Positions 28,128-39,203 are shown, numbered from the stretch's first letter. The stretch: 57,392 nucleotides of DNA from Xenococcaceae cyanobacterium (GCA_051439345.1 JBFRWE010000469.1:1-57392), one strand, 5' to 3'. Made by a program: numbers and translations. Notes: generated by a model not told the origin, from the letters alone.

Positions 28128-28829
28128 CTATTTCCATGCACTACAATCAACAGGTTGTTTAGGGTCGGAAGCATGAGCTTGTTGGAGTAGCTCGATAAAT
28201 TGCTGATTAGCTTGTTTATCAATTAGCCATTCCTCATAGTCATCATCGAATTGACCTTTGTAAAAAGCGTTTTCCCAATTACAGGCTGATTTAATTTGAG
28301 TAGGAGTGAGATTTTTAGTGTTAATGAGGATGGCACTTGAGAGATTAGCATTGGTGATGTCAACACTCTTGAGATTAGCATTGGATAAGTTGGCACGATA
28401 GATATCAGCATTTTTGAGGTTAGCATTGGCGAGATTAGCATTGGAGAGATTAGTAAGATAGATGTCAGCATTTTTGAGATTAGCATTTTTGAGGTTAGCA
28501 TTGGAGAGATTAGCACGATGGATGTGAGCAGCTTCAAGATTAGCATCTTCAAGATTAGTATTGGAGAGATTAAGTAGCTTTAATTTTTTCTGAGCTTTGA
28601 CAAGTTTTTCTAAAGCCTCAATAATTGGAATTTGCCAACAATTGTTATTTAAAGAACAATCATAGACTAATTGTCGCTCGGCATTAAGTTTAATTTTGCG
28701 CCCAATAAAATAGCCAGCCAGAATTGAAACTAAGAGGAAAAAAATAAGCAAGATGAGGCAATTAGTTTTCGGCTGTTTGTTAGTTCTGTCTGGCAAATTT
28801 GTAGCAAATTCTGATTGATTAATTTTCAT
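28128..28829 (-). CDS. Membrane-anchored pentapeptide-repeat protein
   Basis: N-terminal TM (CLILLIFFLLVSILAGYFI) followed by a long ANLxNANLxN pentapeptide run. Confidence 0.85.
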   Translation of the reverse strand: MKINQSEFATNLPDRTNKQPKTNCLILLIFFLLVSILAGYFIGRKIKLNAERQLVYDCSLNNNCWQIPIIEALEKLVKAQKKLKLLNLSNTNLEDANLEAAHIHRANLSNANLKNANLKNADIYLTNLSNANLANANLKNADIYRANLSNANLKSVDITNANLSSAILINTKNLTPTQIKSACNWENAFYKGQFDDDYEEWLIDKQANQQFIELLQQAHASDPKQPVDCSAWK

Positions 28830-29186
28830 GCTACATCTAACACTTTTCTTACAGATAATATCTTATATTATCCAAAGCAAAAATAAGGGTATTAACTTAA
28901 AAATGTAGCAACATTATTTCCGTGTGATTACTGAAGCTAATTTAAACGCTATATAAAAAGTAAAAAAGCTTTTAATATTGGAAATTATAGCAATTGCTTG
29001 TGCTTTAACAACAAGCAAATTGGCTTATTTTCTGTGTATTAACCGAAGTTTATTCAACGTAATTTAGCTTAATTATAGAGAAATATAGTAATTATACTTA
29101 AGGGATTTTATTGATTTAAATAGTAGCTCGAGAAGTCGATAAAAATATTTACAAAACCATGATTAAAAAGAGTTTTCCAGGATATC

Positions 29187-30104
29187 TCATTTTTTGACTT
29201 TTTGGCAATCATACCTGTTATAGATTAACAGTTCATTGACTCTTCCTCTCTTTGAACCGACTGCATTAATTGCTCTATTAGCTTTTACTTCGACAATTTC
29301 GTATCTTGGATCGTCATATAACGATTTAATCAAGGTAGTTGCCGAATTACTTACTAATACTTGACAGCCCCTAGCGGATAGTTTGTCACAGACTTCTCTA
29401 AGTCTTATTTGTTCCTTTTCACCAAAACCATCCATACTGTAGCCAGTAAAAGATGAAGTGTTAGACAGGGGATGATATGGTGGATCGAAGTAGATAAATG
29501 CTCCCCTCCTTGCGGTTGCTACTGCCTGCTCAAAATCTCCTTTCAGAATGCGCACATTAGTTTGATTTAAGTAGGTACTTACTGCCCTAATTACGTCAGA
29601 ATCTACTATGGCAGGGTTAGAGTAGTTACCGTAAGGCACATTAAATTGACCACTGCTATTAACTCGAAAAAGACCATTAAAACAGGTTTTGTTAAGATAG
29701 ATAATTCTAGCTGCTCTTTCGACTGGAGAAAGATTTCTAAAATCATCTTTTCTATCCTGTTCTCGCAATTTATAGTAATATTCTTGAGAATTTTGATTTT
29801 TATGCTGCTGACAGAGAACAAGCAACTCTTCAGGCATTTCTTTGATAACCTGATAGCAGTTGATAAGTTCGCTGTTGATGTCGTTAACAATACTTCTTTT
29901 TGGCTGAAGAGAAAATAAAACAGCCCCCGCACCCACAAAAGGCTCATAATATTGTGTGTATCTAGCAGGCTGAAAATTTTTGATAATCGGTAACAGTTGT
30001 CTCTTTCCTCCAGCCCACTTGAGAAAAGGTTGAACAAGAGCGTCATAACAGTAAGCTCTTTTTTTTTTAACACTTTCGAGTTGTGGGGTAATACTGTTTG
30101 GCAT
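29187..30104 (-). CDS. Dam-like N6-adenine DNA methyltransferase (D12 class, alpha group)
   Basis: FLKWAGGKRQLLP, SAM-binding motif I YYEPFVGAGAV, and catalytic motif IV FIYFDPPY. No adjacent endonuclease ORF. Confidence 0.9.
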   Translation of the reverse strand: MPNSITPQLESVKKKRAYCYDALVQPFLKWAGGKRQLLPIIKNFQPARYTQYYEPFVGAGAVLFSLQPKRSIVNDINSELINCYQVIKEMPEELLVLCQQHKNQNSQEYYYKLREQDRKDDFRNLSPVERAARIIYLNKTCFNGLFRVNSSGQFNVPYGNYSNPAIVDSDVIRAVSTYLNQTNVRILKGDFEQAVATARRGAFIYFDPPYHPLSNTSSFTGYSMDGFGEKEQIRLREVCDKLSARGCQVLVSNSATTLIKSLYDDPRYEIVEVKANRAINAVGSKRGRVNELLIYNRYDCQKVKK

Positions 30105-30299
30105 TTTGATTAGAAGTTACTGATAGAATTGCCTAAACATGATTAAGCTGACACGCATTTAAATTGGGATTTTTGAAGCCCAGATCTCTTTCAGCAAGGC
30201 TTTACAGCAATCAAAATAAATGCATAACAGCTTATCTACACATTTTATTCTCTATTCCCTATTCCCTTTATCAAGCAAATGAAAACTGCTACACTTAAT

Positions 30300-30845
30300 T
30301 TACCCTACTTTGATTAGGGCTAAATCGATATAATTTTCTCCAGGTTGAGTAATATTTGCTTTTATATCAGGACCAAAAAACTTTTCAATTTTTTCTTGTT
30401 TTTTTTGCCACTGTTCTAAAGATATAAAAGGCGAATCAAATTGCATTAGCAGAGTATATTTTCCTTCTATTTGTGTTTCCTGAATACCAATTAATTCTGG
30501 TCTATCTGCATCGGAAGGGCTTAACCCAATTCTTTCTAAAGATTCATCTAGATGCGCTTCTTGTCCATAACGATAACGAGTTACATCTAAACGTAATTGA
30601 TTTTGCGTAGAGGTTGCTTGTTGTTCTCTTAAGGCAATAATTTCTGGGGTTGTAGGTTCAATGTAGGGAACAGGCTTTAATTCTGCAGCTTTTAGAGCCA
30701 AACCTCCCAGTAAAATAGGTACACCATAAAATAATCCTGCTAAATTAAGAGTTGCATTACCCGCAACATAAGCAATAAAGCCTATAAGAGTTAGAATACC
30801 ACCTACAGTAAGTCCAAGACGAGCTAAAGATATTTTACGCAGCAT
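30300..30845 (-). CDS. Conserved cyanobacterial-type membrane protein (DUF2854-like)
   Basis: Two TM helices (GLTVGGILTLIGFIAYV, LFYGVPILLGGLAL) followed by a soluble domain. ATG 30845 is preferred over 30932. Confidence 0.6.
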   Translation of the reverse strand: MLRKISLARLGLTVGGILTLIGFIAYVAGNATLNLAGLFYGVPILLGGLALKAAELKPVPYIEPTTPEIIALREQQATSTQNQLRLDVTRYRYGQEAHLDESLERIGLSPSDADRPELIGIQETQIEGKYTLLMQFDSPFISLEQWQKKQEKIEKFFGPDIKANITQPGENYIDLALIKVG

Positions 30846-30912
30846 ATTTAAGTATATAATTTGATCAATATTGTTTATTTTAGAGCTAGAGTTGCTATAA
30901 TCACTCAGAATT

Positions 30913-31095
30913 ATGGATAAATCTACTATCAAAACCAGAATTGCTCAGATTAAAAGTAAAAGAGAATTGCTAGTGCAATTGTTAGAGACCCCTAACTTAG
31001 GGACATTGAGGATTGATGTAGATCAAGCTTTAGAAGAGTTAGATGAGCTAATTGAAGAATTTCAAGAAACATTTCCCGAAGAAAATTTAAGCTAG
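30913..31095 (+). CDS. Hypothetical small acidic protein
   Basis: 60-aa ORF, helical and acidic. Weak evidence. Confidence 0.3.
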   Translation: MDKSTIKTRIAQIKSKRELLVQLLETPNLGTLRIDVDQALEELDELIEEFQETFPEENLS

Positions 31096-31285
31096 TTGGA
31101 ATTTTATCAATAAACATCTTCATCAATAAATCTATAGTTACAAAACAAAAACAGAGCAAAAAACCCAGTATTTTTAAGGATGGCATTGTCAAAAAAATGA
31201 GAGATATTGGAGAAGAAGTAAATAACAACTTAGTTTAAATAAAAAATATAAATAGCAAATTTACTTACAGGATTGACACGTTTGA

Positions 31286-31316
31286 AGTCCAACATTCATT
31301 GTTGGGCTTTTTATTT
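31286..31316 (+). terminator. Rho-independent terminator candidate
   Basis: ccaaca ttcat tgttgg followed by gctttttattt. Confidence 0.5.
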
Positions 31317-31372
31317 GGGCAAAAAACCAGAAAAAATAGCCGAAAAGTAGTTATTGACTCAAGAGCAAGCGT

Positions 31373-31690
31373 TTATAGCTCATCTAGAATCCATTCAGAG
31401 GATCTTTCGCCTAAGTCTAGAGGAATACTAATTGCTTTACCCAATCTTGGACGATCGCGAGTTTTTTCAATAAAACTTTGTACTTGTTGAACTCCTCCCC
31501 AAGCATTAAGATAATTGGCAATTGCTTCTAAATGTTCTAGGTATTCTTGTTCAGAAAGAGGAAAAGAAGCTTGTTCTAAATATTTCCACATCACCTGGAC
31601 AAAAATACGGTCTTTAATCCGGCGCAATTGGATATCGTAAGAGCAGCCCCATTTGCTCAATAAGATTTGATGTAGTTCTTCACCTGTCAT
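31373..31690 (-). CDS. Conserved hypothetical protein (DUF3067-like)
   Basis: 105 aa. WGCSYDIQL...VMWKYLEQASFPL resembles a cyanobacterial/plastid-lineage family as I recall it. Confidence 0.65.
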   Translation of the reverse strand: MTGEELHQILLSKWGCSYDIQLRRIKDRIFVQVMWKYLEQASFPLSEQEYLEHLEAIANYLNAWGGVQQVQSFIEKTRDRPRLGKAISIPLDLGERSSEWILDEL

Positions 31691-31909
31691 CTTCTTTCGT
31701 TTAATCGCTAAACTCTAACTCTTTTATGATCTAAATACTCAATCTCTGTAATAATTTAATACAGTAAGTTGTTAATATTTTTAAAGACAAGAAACTTTAT
31801 ACTTATGCTCTTGATCCCTTAATGGTCACTTTTAAAGGGCAAAATATAAAGAGAGTTTTTAACTCTGTTCTCATTTTAGTTTACAAAAGTATACAGTTGC
31901 TATTTCACT

Positions 31910-32452
31910 ATGACTCAAATTTCTGGCTCTTCTGATGTCCCTGATATGGGGCGTCGCCAATTTATGAATCTACTCACCTTTGGCTCAATTACAGGTGTTG
32001 CTTTAGGTGCTTTGTATCCAGTAGTAAAATACTTTATTCCTCCATCTAGTGGTGGTGCTGGTGGTGGTATAACTGCCAAAGATGCCCTTGGTAATGACAT
32101 AATTGTCAGCGAATATCTTACCGAACATAAAGCAGGCGATCGCTCTTTAGCCCAAGGACTAAAAGGCGACCCTACTTATGTGGTGATCGCAGAGGATGAT
32201 ACGATCGAAAAATACGGGATCAATGCAGTTTGTACCCATTTGGGCTGTGTAGTTCCTTGGAATGCCAGTGAAAATAAATTTATGTGTCCTTGTCACGGTT
32301 CTCAATATGATGCGACAGGGAAAAAAGTTCGAGGACCTGCACCTCTGTCTTTAGCACTAGCCCATGCTGATGTTACAGAAGACGACAAGTTAGTCTTTAG
32401 TACTTGGACAGAAACTGATTTTCGTACTAATGAAAAACCTTGGTGGACATAG
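31910..32452 (+). CDS. petC: Cytochrome b6-f complex Rieske iron-sulfur subunit
   Basis: Rieske boxes [10 protein letters not shown] and CPCHGSQY. N-terminal Tat-like RRQFMN plus a TM. Confidence 0.95.
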   Translation: MTQISGSSDVPDMGRRQFMNLLTFGSITGVALGALYPVVKYFIPPSSGGAGGGITAKDALGNDIIVSEYLTEHKAGDRSLAQGLKGDPTYVVIAEDDTIEKYGINAVCTHLGCVVPWNASENKFMCPCHGSQYDATGKKVRGPAPLSLALAHADVTEDDKLVFSTWTETDFRTNEKPWWT

Positions 32453-32564
32453 TTTCATCGAGTTGCCTTTGATGATAACGAATTATTTACACACTACAAA
32501 CCCAGTTAGTTTGTACCTGAAACTTTAAGGAAAATTATTAGTTTTGAGATTGTTGACAAAAGAG

Positions 32565-33551
32565 ATGAGAACACCCATGAAATTAGCAATGGGGCAATTG
32601 GTTAGAAGCGCGATCGCCAAAATTATGGTAGTAGCGATCGCCACCTTTGCTGTATTTTTAGCTAGCGATCTAGCTTTACCCCAATCTGCTGCTGCCTACC
32701 CATTTTGGGCGCAGCAAACTGCTCCAGAAACTCCCAGAGAAGCAACAGGAAGAATTGTCTGTGCTAACTGTCATTTAGCCGAAAAACCTGCAGAAATAGA
32801 AATTCCTCAAGCTGTTTTACCAGATACAGTTTTTGAAGCAGTAGTTAAAATTCCTTATGATTTAGAATCTCAAGAAATATACGGAGATGGTTCTAAAGGT
32901 GGTTTACAAGTCGGTGCAGTCTTAATGCTACCCGATGGCTTCAAAATTGCTCCTACTGACAGAATTCCTGAAGAAATGCAGGAAAAAGTAGGTGGTGTTT
33001 ATTTCCAACAATATAAAGAAGACCAAGAAAACGTTTATATCGTAGGTCCTTTACCTGGAGATCAATACCAAGAAGTTGTTTTCCCCGTACTTTCTCCCGA
33101 TCCCAGTAAAGATAAAAATATTCATTTTGGTAAGTACTCTGTTCACTTGGGTGCTAATCGTGGACGAGGACAAGTCTATCCTACTGGTGAACTCAGTAAC
33201 AACAACCTGTTTAAAGCTTCTGCAACTGGTACAATCACCGCAATTAGTGAACCAGAAGCAGGCGGTTACGAAGTAACTATTGATACTGGGGATGAGCAAG
33301 TTATTGATAGTATTCCCGTAGGACCAGAGTTAATTGTTTCTCAAGGAGAACAAATTGCTGCTGGAGATGCCCTTACTAATAATCCTAACGTAGGTGGTTT
33401 CGGTCAAAAAGATACAGAAGTTGTCTTACAAAGCCCTGCTCGTATAGCTGGTATGATTGCTTTTGCTGCGGGTATTATGCTCTGTCAAATTCTGCTCGTA
33501 ATCAAGAAAAAGCAAGTAGAAACAGTTCAAGCTGCCGAAATGAACTTCTAA
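32565..33551 (+). CDS. petA: Cytochrome f (apocytochrome f precursor)
   Basis: Mature N-terminus YPFWAQQ, heme motif CANCHLA, and a C-terminal TM anchor. Start taken at ATG 32565. Confidence 0.95.
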   Translation: MRTPMKLAMGQLVRSAIAKIMVVAIATFAVFLASDLALPQSAAAYPFWAQQTAPETPREATGRIVCANCHLAEKPAEIEIPQAVLPDTVFEAVVKIPYDLESQEIYGDGSKGGLQVGAVLMLPDGFKIAPTDRIPEEMQEKVGGVYFQQYKEDQENVYIVGPLPGDQYQEVVFPVLSPDPSKDKNIHFGKYSVHLGANRGRGQVYPTGELSNNNLFKASATGTITAISEPEAGGYEVTIDTGDEQVIDSIPVGPELIVSQGEQIAAGDALTNNPNVGGFGQKDTEVVLQSPARIAGMIAFAAGIMLCQILLVIKKKQVETVQAAEMNF

Positions 33552-33579
33552 ATCGATTATTTCTAACTCAATAATAAAG

Positions 33580-33611
33580 AAGGACAGTAGTTAATATCTG
33601 TCCTTTTTTTT
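33580..33611 (+). terminator. Rho-independent terminator after petA
   Basis: aaggacag (10-nt loop) ctgtcctt followed by a T-run. Confidence 0.75.
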
Positions 33612-33625
33612 ACCTCATACAAAAT

Positions 33626-34984
33626 TCAATGCTTGCTCTCTTTACTTGAATCTTCATTTAAGAGTTCTTCTAAAAAGTCAGAAGTTACATCGCTTATCCC
33701 TTCTTTTGTTTGTTTATTATAATTTTGCTCTTCCTCCAGATTAAAATTATTAGCTAATAATTCTTCGTTGGCATCTTGTTCTGTGCCTTCAACTAGCTCA
33801 TTTAAATCATCTACACCATTAGCAGCAAGATCATTTAGGTTAAAATTGGGGTTCACTTTTTCATCTAACCATTCAGAAATATTAGCTAATTCTTGCTCAG
33901 TAATTTTTTCTGTCGGTTCTGGTATTGTTTCCGCATTAATCTCTTCAGTTATAGAAGAAATATTATTCCAGAAATCATCCATTACGCTAACATCTTTATC
34001 ATTGGATGAATCTATTTTTTCATTTAACCATTCAGAAATATTAGCTAATTCTTGATCGGTAACTTGTTCTGTTGGTTCTACGGCTGTTTCTGCAATATTT
34101 TCTGTTTCTGATAATAAATCTGGTTGGTTTTGAGCTACTTCTTCTGAGACTACAGATTCTTCTGCTAAATTATTTTCAAAATTTTCATCATCAACCTCCG
34201 TTGATGGCAATTCTGGTTTTGATATATCTAGTAATTCGTTAATAATTCCTTGGGTGTCAATCACATTTTCAGCAGAACTTAGCTTTGACAGTGACTGACT
34301 ATCTTCCAACTCAGATTGTTGCTCATCGCTCTCACTCTGAATGTCAGCATCCTCAACTTGTTCTTGAACTTGTTCTTGAACTTGTTCTTGAATGTCATCT
34401 AATAAACTAGAATCTAAACTCGAATCTGGGGCAGTTACCACAATGGTTTCGTCTATTTCTTCCTCATTTTCTTCTACATTGGCATCTTCTTGAATCAGCT
34501 TATCAGTAGCAATAGAATCTACCGCCAACTCAGAAGTTATATTCTGAGGAATAGGAGCAGGAATTTCCTCTGTACTTGTTAGATTTTCTGATGTTGCCTG
34601 TTCTTCATCTATTTGTTCTGGTTTTGCTCTAGACTTGAGTAAGAAAAACCCTACAGAAGGAACTATGATAATAATTACGAGAATTAATAGCCATAACTTA
34701 GTAGATTGACTTTGATCTGTTGAATTACCATCATCAGCATTTACAGGAGAAACATCCTGAGCAACAAGAGTATCGTGTAAGTCATCTGCGTAATTATAAA
34801 TTTGTTTGGGGTTAGCTTTTAAATTACTGTCGCTAGTAGAACTATCTTCTTTGAAAGTAGTCAAATGATACTCTAGAGAAGAATCCGATTGCACTTTGTC
34901 AGAAGATGCCCAAGATTTGGGCATAATCCCAAAGGTTACTAATATAGCTAATGTTAATACCGTAGTATAGTGTTTATTTAACAT
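33626..34984 (-). CDS. Secreted/membrane-anchored highly acidic repetitive protein, unknown function
   Basis: Signal peptide, one TM (LWLLILVIIIIVPSVGFFLL), and extreme Asp/Glu content. Internal repeats T(E)Q(I/V)T(D/E)QELANISEWL(N/D)EK and (QEQV)n. Confidence 0.7.
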   Translation of the reverse strand: MLNKHYTTVLTLAILVTFGIMPKSWASSDKVQSDSSLEYHLTTFKEDSSTSDSNLKANPKQIYNYADDLHDTLVAQDVSPVNADDGNSTDQSQSTKLWLLILVIIIIVPSVGFFLLKSRAKPEQIDEEQATSENLTSTEEIPAPIPQNITSELAVDSIATDKLIQEDANVEENEEEIDETIVVTAPDSSLDSSLLDDIQEQVQEQVQEQVEDADIQSESDEQQSELEDSQSLSKLSSAENVIDTQGIINELLDISKPELPSTEVDDENFENNLAEESVVSEEVAQNQPDLLSETENIAETAVEPTEQVTDQELANISEWLNEKIDSSNDKDVSVMDDFWNNISSITEEINAETIPEPTEKITEQELANISEWLDEKVNPNFNLNDLAANGVDDLNELVEGTEQDANEELLANNFNLEEEQNYNKQTKEGISDVTSDFLEELLNEDSSKESKH

Positions 34985-35808
34985 TGTTAATCAAAAAAGC
35001 TTAATGAATCACTAATATTTTTGATAATTATATAAGTAAATAAACAGAAAATAAATAAATATAGTTTATTGATTTGGATAAACAAGATACAAAATTAATC
35101 ATTTTATCCATATCTGTTGATTGAAATTTAATTCTGCCACTATATCGATCGTTATCTATAGCTCATTATTTAAATTATAAAAACAACCAAAACAAGTAGT
35201 AAGCAAACCCAATCAAAAAGATGGAGCCAATCTCAAGCTAGTATTATTTAAGGTAATTACAAATAATTCAGATATTAATAATAGAAAAAGAACAAAAGAG
35301 TTAAACGGTTGTGGCAGAAGCCTAGTTTTATACCTCCAAGCCCTATAGATAATCCAAAATTAGAGCAATACATTAAAATTCCCCCTAATCATTGGTTAGT
35401 TATAGATGCCAAAAAACAGTATGAATTTACCTGAGATGGCTTTTCAGATATCCTCGAACATACAACAGAAAGATAAATTAGAAAAGGTCAAATAAATATT
35501 TCTAATTAGAGTACAAATCCACTGTCTTATTACCTATTGGATGTTGCCTTTAGATAAGCAAAATTGCGCTCTATTTAATGAGGTACATTTCACTTCTGCC
35601 TCAAAACCAACAACTTTGTATCTTAGGGATTTGAGAACCGCTATAGTAATTTGGCGATCGCATTATCATCAAAAGACCTTGCAGCAGAAATTCTGTTCTT
35701 CGATTTCATTGCCAAAAACTTATATTGGGGTAAGATGTTACAGATGAGATGACTCAAAACCCACCCATCAAGTATAATTGTGACTTGCCGTTATCTCTGT
35801 CATAGGTA

Positions 35809-37608
35809 ATGAGAACGCCCAAATATTTGCGTCGGACAAAAATCGTTGCCACCGTTGGCCCTGCTACTCTTAAACCAGATGTATTGCGATCGCTTATCAA
35901 AGCTGGTGCTACTACACTGAGACTTAACTTTTCCCATGGTACTCAACAGGATCATCAAAAAGCTATTCGGTTGATTCGACAGACAGCATTTGAACTAAAT
36001 CAGCCAGTAGGAATTCTACAAGATTTGCAAGGACCCAAAATTCGATTAGGGAAATTTGCCTGTGGTAAGATTTCTTTGCAAAAAGGAGATTGCTTCATTC
36101 TTACTAGTCGACCTGTAGAATGCAATCAAGAAATTAGCTATGTAACTTATGATAACCTGGCAGCAGAAGTGCCAGAAGGAGCAACTATTCTTCTTGATGA
36201 TGGCAAAGTAGAAATGGTAGTGGACAAAATAGACTATCAGAGTGAAAATTTGCATTGTCGAGTAGTTGTAGGTGGAGTGCTTTCTAGCAGTAAGGGAGTA
36301 AATTTTCCTGGAGTTTATCTTTCCATCAAAGCACTAACAGACAAAGACCGTGAAGACTTGATTTTTGGTTTAGATCAAGGAGTAGATTGGGTAGCTCTCA
36401 GTTTTGTCCGCAATCCCCAAGATATTTTAGAAATTAAGGACTTAATTGCCAGTGCAGGAAAATCTGTTCCTGTGATTGCCAAAATTGAAAAACACGAAGC
36501 GATCGAGCAGATGGATGCCATCCTTTCTTTGTGTGATGGGGTCATGGTTGCTAGAGGAGATTTAGGCGTAGAATTACCCGCCGAAGATGTTCCTATTTTG
36601 CAAAAAAGGTTAATTGCTACAGCGAATAAACTAGGTATTCCCGTTATTACTGCTACCCAGATGTTGGATAGTATGTTCAACAATCCTCGACCAACTCGCG
36701 CTGAAGTATCTGATGTAGCTAATGCTATTCTCGATGGTACAGATGCAGTAATGCTATCTAACGAAACTGCCGTAGGAAATTATCCTGTAGAAGCAGTGGA
36801 AACTATGGCAAAAATAGCTCAACGCATTGAAGGTGAGCAAAAGCGGATAGCACCTGATCCCAATCTTAAGAAATGGTCTATTCCCAACGCTATTTCCGCA
36901 GCCGTTGGTCAAATTGCAGAACAGTTAGAAGCAGCAGCGATTATGACCTTAACTAAAACTGGTTCTACTGCTCGTAATGTCTCTAAATTTCGACCTAAAA
37001 CACCAATTTTAGCTATTACTCCCCATGTTCATGTATCTAGAAGATTACAACTGGTTTGGGGTGTTAAACCTTTACTAGTATTAGACTTACCTTCTACTAC
37101 CCAAACTTTCCAAGCTGCAATTAATGTTGCTCAAGAAAAAAATTGGCTTGATGCTGGAGATTTAGTTGTCATGACAGCAGGAACACTTCAAGGTGTTTCT
37201 GGCTCAACAGATTTAATTAAAGTCGAATTAGTACAAGCTGTTTTAGGTCAAGGTACAGGTATTGGTCAGGGTGCAGTGAGTGGTAGAGCAAGAATAGCCA
37301 ATAATCCTAGAGATATCAAAGATTTCAATCGAGGAGAAATTCTGGTTACTGCTTCTACAAACGCAGGATTTGTAGATATAATTCGCCAAGCAGCAGGAAT
37401 AATCACAGAAGAAGATAGTCTGACTAGCCATGCAGCTATTCTGGGTTTGCGATTAGGAATACCTGTAGTCGTTGGCTTTAAGCAGGCAACTCAAACTATT
37501 AGAGAAGGAGCAATACTAACCCTGGATGCTAAAAGAGGAATCGTTTATTCTGGAACTATGAGTAGCAATATTAAAAATCGCTCAGAATTAAAGTTACCAA
37601 TACCCTAG
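35809..37608 (+). CDS. pyk: Pyruvate kinase with C-terminal PEP-utiliser mobile domain
   Basis: TKIVATVGPA, MVARGDLGVE and the NETAVG region. The C-terminal extension of about 100 aa carries TSHAAILGLRLGIPVVVG. Confidence 0.93.
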   Translation: MRTPKYLRRTKIVATVGPATLKPDVLRSLIKAGATTLRLNFSHGTQQDHQKAIRLIRQTAFELNQPVGILQDLQGPKIRLGKFACGKISLQKGDCFILTSRPVECNQEISYVTYDNLAAEVPEGATILLDDGKVEMVVDKIDYQSENLHCRVVVGGVLSSSKGVNFPGVYLSIKALTDKDREDLIFGLDQGVDWVALSFVRNPQDILEIKDLIASAGKSVPVIAKIEKHEAIEQMDAILSLCDGVMVARGDLGVELPAEDVPILQKRLIATANKLGIPVITATQMLDSMFNNPRPTRAEVSDVANAILDGTDAVMLSNETAVGNYPVEAVETMAKIAQRIEGEQKRIAPDPNLKKWSIPNAISAAVGQIAEQLEAAAIMTLTKTGSTARNVSKFRPKTPILAITPHVHVSRRLQLVWGVKPLLVLDLPSTTQTFQAAINVAQEKNWLDAGDLVVMTAGTLQGVSGSTDLIKVELVQAVLGQGTGIGQGAVSGRARIANNPRDIKDFNRGEILVTASTNAGFVDIIRQAAGIITEEDSLTSHAAILGLRLGIPVVVGFKQATQTIREGAILTLDAKRGIVYSGTMSSNIKNRSELKLPIP

Positions 37609-37922
37609 ATTTTTATTGCTTACAGAATAATTCTTGAAAAGCTGTGCTGATTGTTATAAGTAGCTGAACGCAATTAAATATAAGATAGATAGCGTTTTAT
37701 TTCTCCCCTGCTTCCTCTGCCTTCCCTCATTTTATAATTAATTACACCCACCTACTTATCTTGTTTTCAGTCGATCACTTTTTAACAATACACTGCTTTT
37801 TTTCTTCGTTTCAATTAGGTTAAGCTTTAAATTAGACAAAGCTTTCAGGAAATATGCTCTCAGACTTTATGAGAAATGCAGACTAAAATAGAACCTCAGT
37901 TTACTAAATACTTAAGATTGAG

Positions 37923-38933
37923 ATGATTTCTGAGCAAAGCAATTGTAATATAGGTGCAATATTTGGTTTGGGTCGTAGTGGAACGACCTGGTTAGGAGCG
38001 ATCGTTGCCAGTCATCCTGATATCTTGTATCGTTTCGAGCCATTTCACCGACTACAAAAAACTCAATCTACTATTAAGGAGATGTATGAATTAACGAGGT
38101 CGGACTCTTTCTCGGCTCAAGATGTATCTCGTATGTATAATTGCTTATTGCCTGCTTATCCCGAATCGGAAAAACCACCCTTTTTCTCGAAAAATTTTCC
38201 CTCAAGATTATCTTTTGGTAAGTCTTTTTTGTGGCCACTAGCTAGAAAAAATCAGTTTTTATCCCCTGCTTTTCGCTCTTTATATACCCCTAAAGGAAAA
38301 CCATTTCTGGTTTTTAAAGAGGTAGATTATTCTGATATGGTGGTCAAGTTTTTGGCAGAGACAGATATACCCGTTGTCTACATAGTACGTCATCCCTGTG
38401 CAGTGACATCTTCAATTATACGAGGTCAGAAAAATTCTTTGATGCCTATGCCTAAAGAAAGACTGGTTGTGCTGAAAAGAGTAATGCCCATACATGAGCC
38501 TAAGCTAGCTGAGATTTATCTTCATAAATTAGAGGAATTGACCATAGCTGAGCAGGAAGCGTTATATTGGTTAGTCCAAACTGGACGAGCATTACGAGCC
38601 TGTCAGAAGTCTGCCAACGGATTAATCGTGATTTACGAAGAGTTAACAGAACGTCCTTTAGAAATTGCCCAGCAAGTTTTCCAGCATTTCAAGCTAGAAA
38701 TGCCAGCAGAATCTGTTGCTTTTATCGAGGAGAGTAGCAACAAATCCTTAACATCAGCAATTAAGCGGGGCGAAGTAAATATGAACCAATACTTCACAAT
38801 TTTTAGAGACACTAAGGCTGCTCGCGATCGCTGGAAAGAGGAAATGTCTGAAGAAGATCAAATGCGAGTAATGCAAATTGTTAAAGATAGTCCAGAATTT
38901 GCTCTCGGTGCAGAGAAAGGTTTCTGGGCTTGA
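37923..38933 (+). CDS. Sulfotransferase family protein
   Basis: 5'-PSB-like loop GLGRSGTTWLG and a 3'-PB-like region VYIVRHPCAV. Confidence 0.7.
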   Translation: MISEQSNCNIGAIFGLGRSGTTWLGAIVASHPDILYRFEPFHRLQKTQSTIKEMYELTRSDSFSAQDVSRMYNCLLPAYPESEKPPFFSKNFPSRLSFGKSFLWPLARKNQFLSPAFRSLYTPKGKPFLVFKEVDYSDMVVKFLAETDIPVVYIVRHPCAVTSSIIRGQKNSLMPMPKERLVVLKRVMPIHEPKLAEIYLHKLEELTIAEQEALYWLVQTGRALRACQKSANGLIVIYEELTERPLEIAQQVFQHFKLEMPAESVAFIEESSNKSLTSAIKRGEVNMNQYFTIFRDTKAARDRWKEEMSEEDQMRVMQIVKDSPEFALGAEKGFWA

Positions 38934-39175
38934 AATTTTAAACGTGACCTATCTTAATCTGCTTTACGTAAAGTGGACATGGGCATAGTGGCGGATTGAA
39001 CTCTCCCACTATGCTAGGCACAAGTTCTCAACTTTTGCTTTATCTCTTGTTTAATGATAAATTTGCCTGAACTTTTTCCGAACGACTGGGACAGGATCAA
39101 CCTCCCAGTGCTTTGTCAATAGCCTGAAGGGCGATCGCTACCCCTCTCGCTCAAGAAGAAGACCACAATGGCTCA

Positions 39176-39203
39176 CAATTAGTAATTAGCAATTAGCAAT
39201 TAG
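39176..39203. repeat. Heptamer tandem repeat (CAATTAG-like, 4 units) overlapping the 3' end of the flavoprotein ORF
   Basis: caattag taattag caattag caattag. Confidence 0.85.

Noticed and set aside
28223-28552. 109-aa alternative-frame ORF inside the pentapeptide-repeat gene
   Set aside because: It results from repetitive DNA read in a second frame (MLTS/MLIS repeats). The pentapeptide frame is the recognisable protein family.
29606-30073. ORFs of 155 aa (-) and 90 aa (+) overlapping the methyltransferase gene
   Set aside because: The Dam-like frame carries all the diagnostic motifs. The alternative frames have none.
35297-35425. Short frame ...IPPNHWLVIDAKKQYEFT resembling the C-terminus of Uma2/DUF820-type endonucleases
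   Set aside because: Only about 40 codons are present, with no start in good context. The similarity is from memory of a short motif (EYW(I/L)VD). That is insufficient evidence for a pseudogene call.
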